From the IMG/VR virus record IMGVR_UViG_3300027985_000418, positions 1 through 61,029 of that record: DNA of 61,029 nt; one strand, given 5' to 3'. Position numbers and translations under genes: made by a program. Source of the stretch: a virus. Lineage: Duplodnaviria > Caudoviricetes. Shown one piece after another: positions 57,777 to 61,029 of this stretch; within the stretch, counting starts at the first letter, position 1; the number at the start of each line of letters is the position of its first letter. The notes below the pieces were generated by a model. That model did not search any database and had not been told where the DNA came from. It was given only the letters and a program-made list of their open reading frames with translations.

Positions 57777-58841
57777 ATGAATTTAATATTGGCACAAGGT
57801 GCAGAGCATACTAATCCAGTAAATCTCAAGAAGATTATTGATATTATCAATAATCAACATACTTTCATAGACCAAGGTAAATTTTATGATGCCCAACGTA
57901 AAATCTATGATATTTATGGTATAGAATGTCATACAATTAATACATATGATTATTCTGTAGAAGAAAAATATGATGGATATAGTTATATCAACTATGAGGG
58001 TAGATTCTTCTCCAAGCGACTATCACAAGCAATAGGTAATGAGGGACAGCCTATTGAAAAGACTGGTCACCTACCATATATGCGTGATATTCTACTAAGG
58101 GCATATGAAATGACTGGTTGTGATCTTCATGGCGAATTATATATCCCAGGTGGGATTTCAGATGATGTTACAAGAATATTAGGTTGCAATGAGGATGAAG
58201 CAATTAATAGATTATCAAATATGGCTGAATCTAAATTTCCACATTTTATGTTAATTGATATCAGACAAGCATATGGGCATAATCTTACTAATGTACCACA
58301 TTATATTAGAAGAGCCATATTACAATATGTCTATGATAATCATATTAAACCGTTTGATAAACATGGATTTATCAAATTGACGGAAGAATTATATGGAGAT
58401 CCTCGACAAGAATTTACAAGGATTGTACGTAATGGTGGTGAGGGTATTATTATTAAACGTAGCAATGCCTTATATATTCCAGGAAAGAAACCTGCAAATA
58501 ATTGGATTAAGGGTAAAAAGAAAATTACGTATGATGTAGTTATTATGGGATTTAATAATGGTACTGGCAAAAACAAATCATTATTTGGATCAATTGAATT
58601 TGGTCATTATATTGATGGAAAACTCACAAAATGTGGTAATGCTAGTAGTGGATTAAGTGATGAAATTAGACAAACAATTGCTAACAACCCAGATTCTTAC
58701 ATCGGTACTGTTATGGAGATTGAAGCAATTCAAGAAAGTATTAAATCATTCAGAAATGCAGTATTTTTAAGATTACGTGATGACAAAGATGCAACAGAAT
58801 GTACACCAATCAACATAAGAGTTAAAGATCAACTTTTATAA
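57777..58841 (+). CDS. ATP-dependent DNA ligase
   Basis: EEKYDG, HGELY, EGIIIK, WIKGK and F.RLRDDK motifs. Confidence 0.92.
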   Translation: MNLILAQGAEHTNPVNLKKIIDIINNQHTFIDQGKFYDAQRKIYDIYGIECHTINTYDYSVEEKYDGYSYINYEGRFFSKRLSQAIGNEGQPIEKTGHLPYMRDILLRAYEMTGCDLHGELYIPGGISDDVTRILGCNEDEAINRLSNMAESKFPHFMLIDIRQAYGHNLTNVPHYIRRAILQYVYDNHIKPFDKHGFIKLTEELYGDPRQEFTRIVRNGGEGIIIKRSNALYIPGKKPANNWIKGKKKITYDVVIMGFNNGTGKNKSLFGSIEFGHYIDGKLTKCGNASSGLSDEIRQTIANNPDSYIGTVMEIEAIQESIKSFRNAVFLRLRDDKDATECTPINIRVKDQLL

Positions 58842-58863
58842 ACAATAATGTAACAATATAAAT

Positions 58864-58906
58864 AAGAGCCACCGATATTATTAAGCTTCGGTGGCTCTTT
58901 CTTTAT
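58864..58906. terminator. Bidirectional intrinsic terminator where the two arms converge
   Basis: AAGAGCCACCGA/TCGGTGGCTCTT 12-bp stem flanked by A- and T-rich tracts. Confidence 0.85.
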
Positions 58907-58996
58907 GTTTTGTTTAATCTGTCTTTAGTTTCTCTTAATTGTTAAATGAATTGTAAACATTGCATCGTACATAAAGACAATTGAATGTTTGACATT

Positions 58997-59410
58997 TTAC
59001 AATCTGTGTTTGAATCTCAACATATTTAACTCCTCTTCACTAGTAACTATTGGATATTCATTTATAGTAGCTAAATATTTCTTCTTAGTTGGTCCATTCC
59101 CTTTTTGTTTCTCATAGAGGGTATATGCTTCTTCCAATTCTCTGAATTGATAATCCCACATATATCCTTGCATTACTATTTCTTCACACATATCCTTTAC
59201 TACTGGACGCAATAGTATCTTATTTGTTGCGGCATTAATTTCATTGATTTCTTGCTGTTTAAGAATTAATCTTGTTTGTTCTTCACATTTTAATTCCTTT
59301 TCTCTTGCCGATTTTCTAATTTTGGTAGTTACAAAGGCAGTAATCAATGAACCAAGTCCAAGACTTCCAAAAACAAATTTAATTATATCTAATACAATTT
59401 CAGCTTTCAT
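58997..59410 (-). CDS. Lysis-module membrane protein (holin-associated)
   Basis: N-terminal TM, coiled coil, Y..Y....GNG motif. Confidence 0.6.
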   Translation of the reverse strand: MKAEIVLDIIKFVFGSLGLGSLITAFVTTKIRKSAREKELKCEEQTRLILKQQEINEINAATNKILLRPVVKDMCEEIVMQGYMWDYQFRELEEAYTLYEKQKGNGPTKKKYLATINEYPIVTSEEELNMLRFKHRL

Positions 59411-59446
59411 AATATGTCTCCTATATTGTCTATTTATTTATGTAAT

Positions 59447-59794
59447 TTATTCAGATATCTCGGCATTGATTATTTCAGTTTCTTGCTGTATTAATGCTTT
59501 TGGAGGAGATATTCCAAAGATTTTATATAAATTCATTGCTATCTTTGTAGCATACAATAATATACCACCAGTTAGAATAGCAAGGGCATCAACTACTCCA
59601 AGATTTATATAAGTTGAAGCTATTGCAAGAGAAACTACTGCAAAAGCAATAATGAAAGCTTTAATAATTCCATTAATCAAGGTCTTTTTGCTAAATGGAA
59701 TTTTCTCTTTTCCTACCTTGTTATATAAACCTGTTAGAATGTTTGCTACCATTAGTAAAAACAATATGCCCAGTAGTTTTAAAATAATTGTCAT
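59447..59794 (-). CDS. Holin
   Basis: Three TM segments; FSKKTLINGIIK motif; next to the endolysin. Confidence 0.75.
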   Translation of the reverse strand: MTIILKLLGILFLLMVANILTGLYNKVGKEKIPFSKKTLINGIIKAFIIAFAVVSLAIASTYINLGVVDALAILTGGILLYATKIAMNLYKIFGISPPKALIQQETEIINAEISE

Positions 59795-59809
59795 TAGTAT
59801 TCCTCCCTT

Positions 59810-60685
59810 CTATTCCAAAGCTGTTTTAACTTTATTTATCTTTGCTCTAAGTTCATTACATTGAGCACAATAGTTATCTCTATCTTTTGTAATAGCAGAC
59901 AACTGAAATTTTAAAGCATCAATCTCTTTATCTTTACTTGCAATTATTTTATCCTTTTCAGCAATAATTGCAGAGTAGTCAGTAGTAGTATCTTTTACAG
60001 GAATCTTAATAACATCACCAGGGTGAATAACGTGATTTTCAGAAAATCCATTAATCTGTAATATTTCCTTATATCTATTACCATCGCCTAATACTGATTG
60101 AGCAATTTTCCAAAAACTATCATTAGCTTTAACTATATAATCTGCAGAATTTGTAGGAGAAACAATCAATTGTTTATTAACCTGTTCAGCAATGTAAGGG
60201 AATTTTCCACCTAAGTAAGGACCAGGACAAGTAGTCGCTATGAAATACTTGTGCATTGTAAGATTTCCATTTGCATTTCCTGTAAAATTAATCTTCTGAA
60301 TTCCATTCCTCTTACATATATCAACACATAATGTAATTAGAGTATTAAGAGCCTTGTCCGAAACATGCCAATCTGGTGCACCACCATCATTAGCAACCTC
60401 AATAGTAATTGCGTGATAATCATTAGCAGGATTAGAACTAGTCCATGCTCTGTCTTTCTCATCAACATATAATGCAATTCTGCCATCAGTACCTATTCCA
60501 TAATTTGAAGAACCTTGTCTTGTAGGGTTAGCAAAAGCATTACCAATAGTTTCAATAGCACCATTACAAGCCATGTGGTGAATTGTAATCTTATCAATTA
60601 TACCCTTAGGGTTGTAAGTGTTATGCACTCTCCCAACATTTTTGTTAGGAGATATTTTTGTGTAGCAAATTAAAGAACTATTCAT
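59810..60685 (-). CDS. Endolysin: N-acetylmuramoyl-L-alanine amidase (Amidase_2) + LysM + coiled coil
   Basis: ITIHH, SSNYGIG, RAWTSS, ITIEVAN, HKYF..TTCPG; LysM YIVKANDSFWKIA. Confidence 0.92.
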   Translation of the reverse strand: MNSSLICYTKISPNKNVGRVHNTYNPKGIIDKITIHHMACNGAIETIGNAFANPTRQGSSNYGIGTDGRIALYVDEKDRAWTSSNPANDYHAITIEVANDGGAPDWHVSDKALNTLITLCVDICKRNGIQKINFTGNANGNLTMHKYFIATTCPGPYLGGKFPYIAEQVNKQLIVSPTNSADYIVKANDSFWKIAQSVLGDGNRYKEILQINGFSENHVIHPGDVIKIPVKDTTTDYSAIIAEKDKIIASKDKEIDALKFQLSAITKDRDNYCAQCNELRAKINKVKTALE

Positions 60686-60773
60686 CTTTATCATCACCCT
60701 TTCCATTTGATAATTCAGCTAAAGCATTTTCATCAGATTCAATATCTAATAATTCCTCTAGTAAATTGTCCAT
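60678..60773 (-). CDS. 31-aa acidic peptide upstream of the endolysin
   Basis: GGAGGA RBS; MDNLLEELLDIESDENALAELSNGKGDDKDE; overlaps the amidase start. Confidence 0.5.
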   Translation of the reverse strand: MDNLLEELLDIESDENALAELSNGKGDDKDE

Positions 60774-60785
60774 CCTTTTATCCTC

Positions 60786-61029
60786 CTAAATAATTTTATA
60801 TTTTGGTTTATCTTCATTAAACCATTTATATCGTATTATATCATCAAGAACAATTCCTACACCCGAAAGCCAAAACCAAATGAAGCTAAATTGAGGACAT
60901 ATTTGCCCTTTAAAATTAAAAGGCAATTCAGCATAATCCCAAACGTTCCACCCAAGCTTTATATTTACTATGTATCCGACTATAAACTCCAGTATGGTGG
61001 TTATAACTGCACCGATAAGCATTTGTAAC
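60786..61029 (-). CDS. Partial membrane protein, CmpB/DUF1113 'putative ABC permease' family
   Basis: ITTILEFIVG...WNVWDY..LPFNFKGQICP motif; begins beyond the right edge. Confidence 0.75.
   Translation of the reverse strand, partial: LQMLIGAVITTILEFIVGYIVNIKLGWNVWDYAELPFNFKGQICPQFSFIWFWLSGVGIVLDDIIRYKWFNEDKPKYKII

Noticed and set aside
1-61029. tRNA genes or stop-codon reassignment
   Set aside because: No cloverleaf noticed in the short intergenic gaps; long genes are intact under the standard code and end in all three stops

Overview
An AT-rich (roughly 28-30% GC by eye), probably near-complete, circularly permuted genome of a contractile-tailed phage. The host is most likely an anaerobic spore-forming Firmicute (Clostridia-like), judging from GGAGG RBSs, nrdD/nrdG, an amidase-LysM endolysin and a parS site. 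Two arms diverge from ~22.1 kb. The minus strand carries terminase, portal, head, sheath/tube, tape measure, baseplate and fibre genes (21.9 kb to 1); the lysis genes at 61.0-59.0 kb are also on the minus strand and probably continue this arm across the window ends. The plus strand carries a cassette-like early region (22.2-29.1 kb) and then replication and nucleotide-metabolism genes up to a bidirectional terminator at 58.87 kb. No integrase, repressor, tRNA or CRISPR array was seen. Main result: a PurZ-type (2-aminoadenine, 'Z-DNA') synthetase at 33145-34323. A manual scan found no GC-only 4-bp palindromes (GGCC, CCGG, GCGC, CGCG), while A-containing ones such as GATC are abundant, which is the pattern expected of a Z-substituted genome. 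The usual partners (DatZ, MazZ, family-A DpoZ or PrimPol) are not recognisable; instead there is a family-C polymerase split into a free PHP domain and a DnaE core. This may be an undescribed Z-genome replication system. Other notable elements are a perfect parS palindrome, ~85-bp inverted repeats bracketing a 9-kb segment, three paralogous unknown early proteins, repeated promoter-RBS-start cassettes and a phased 11-bp tandem array. All calls come from motif recognition by eye; no database searches were run.
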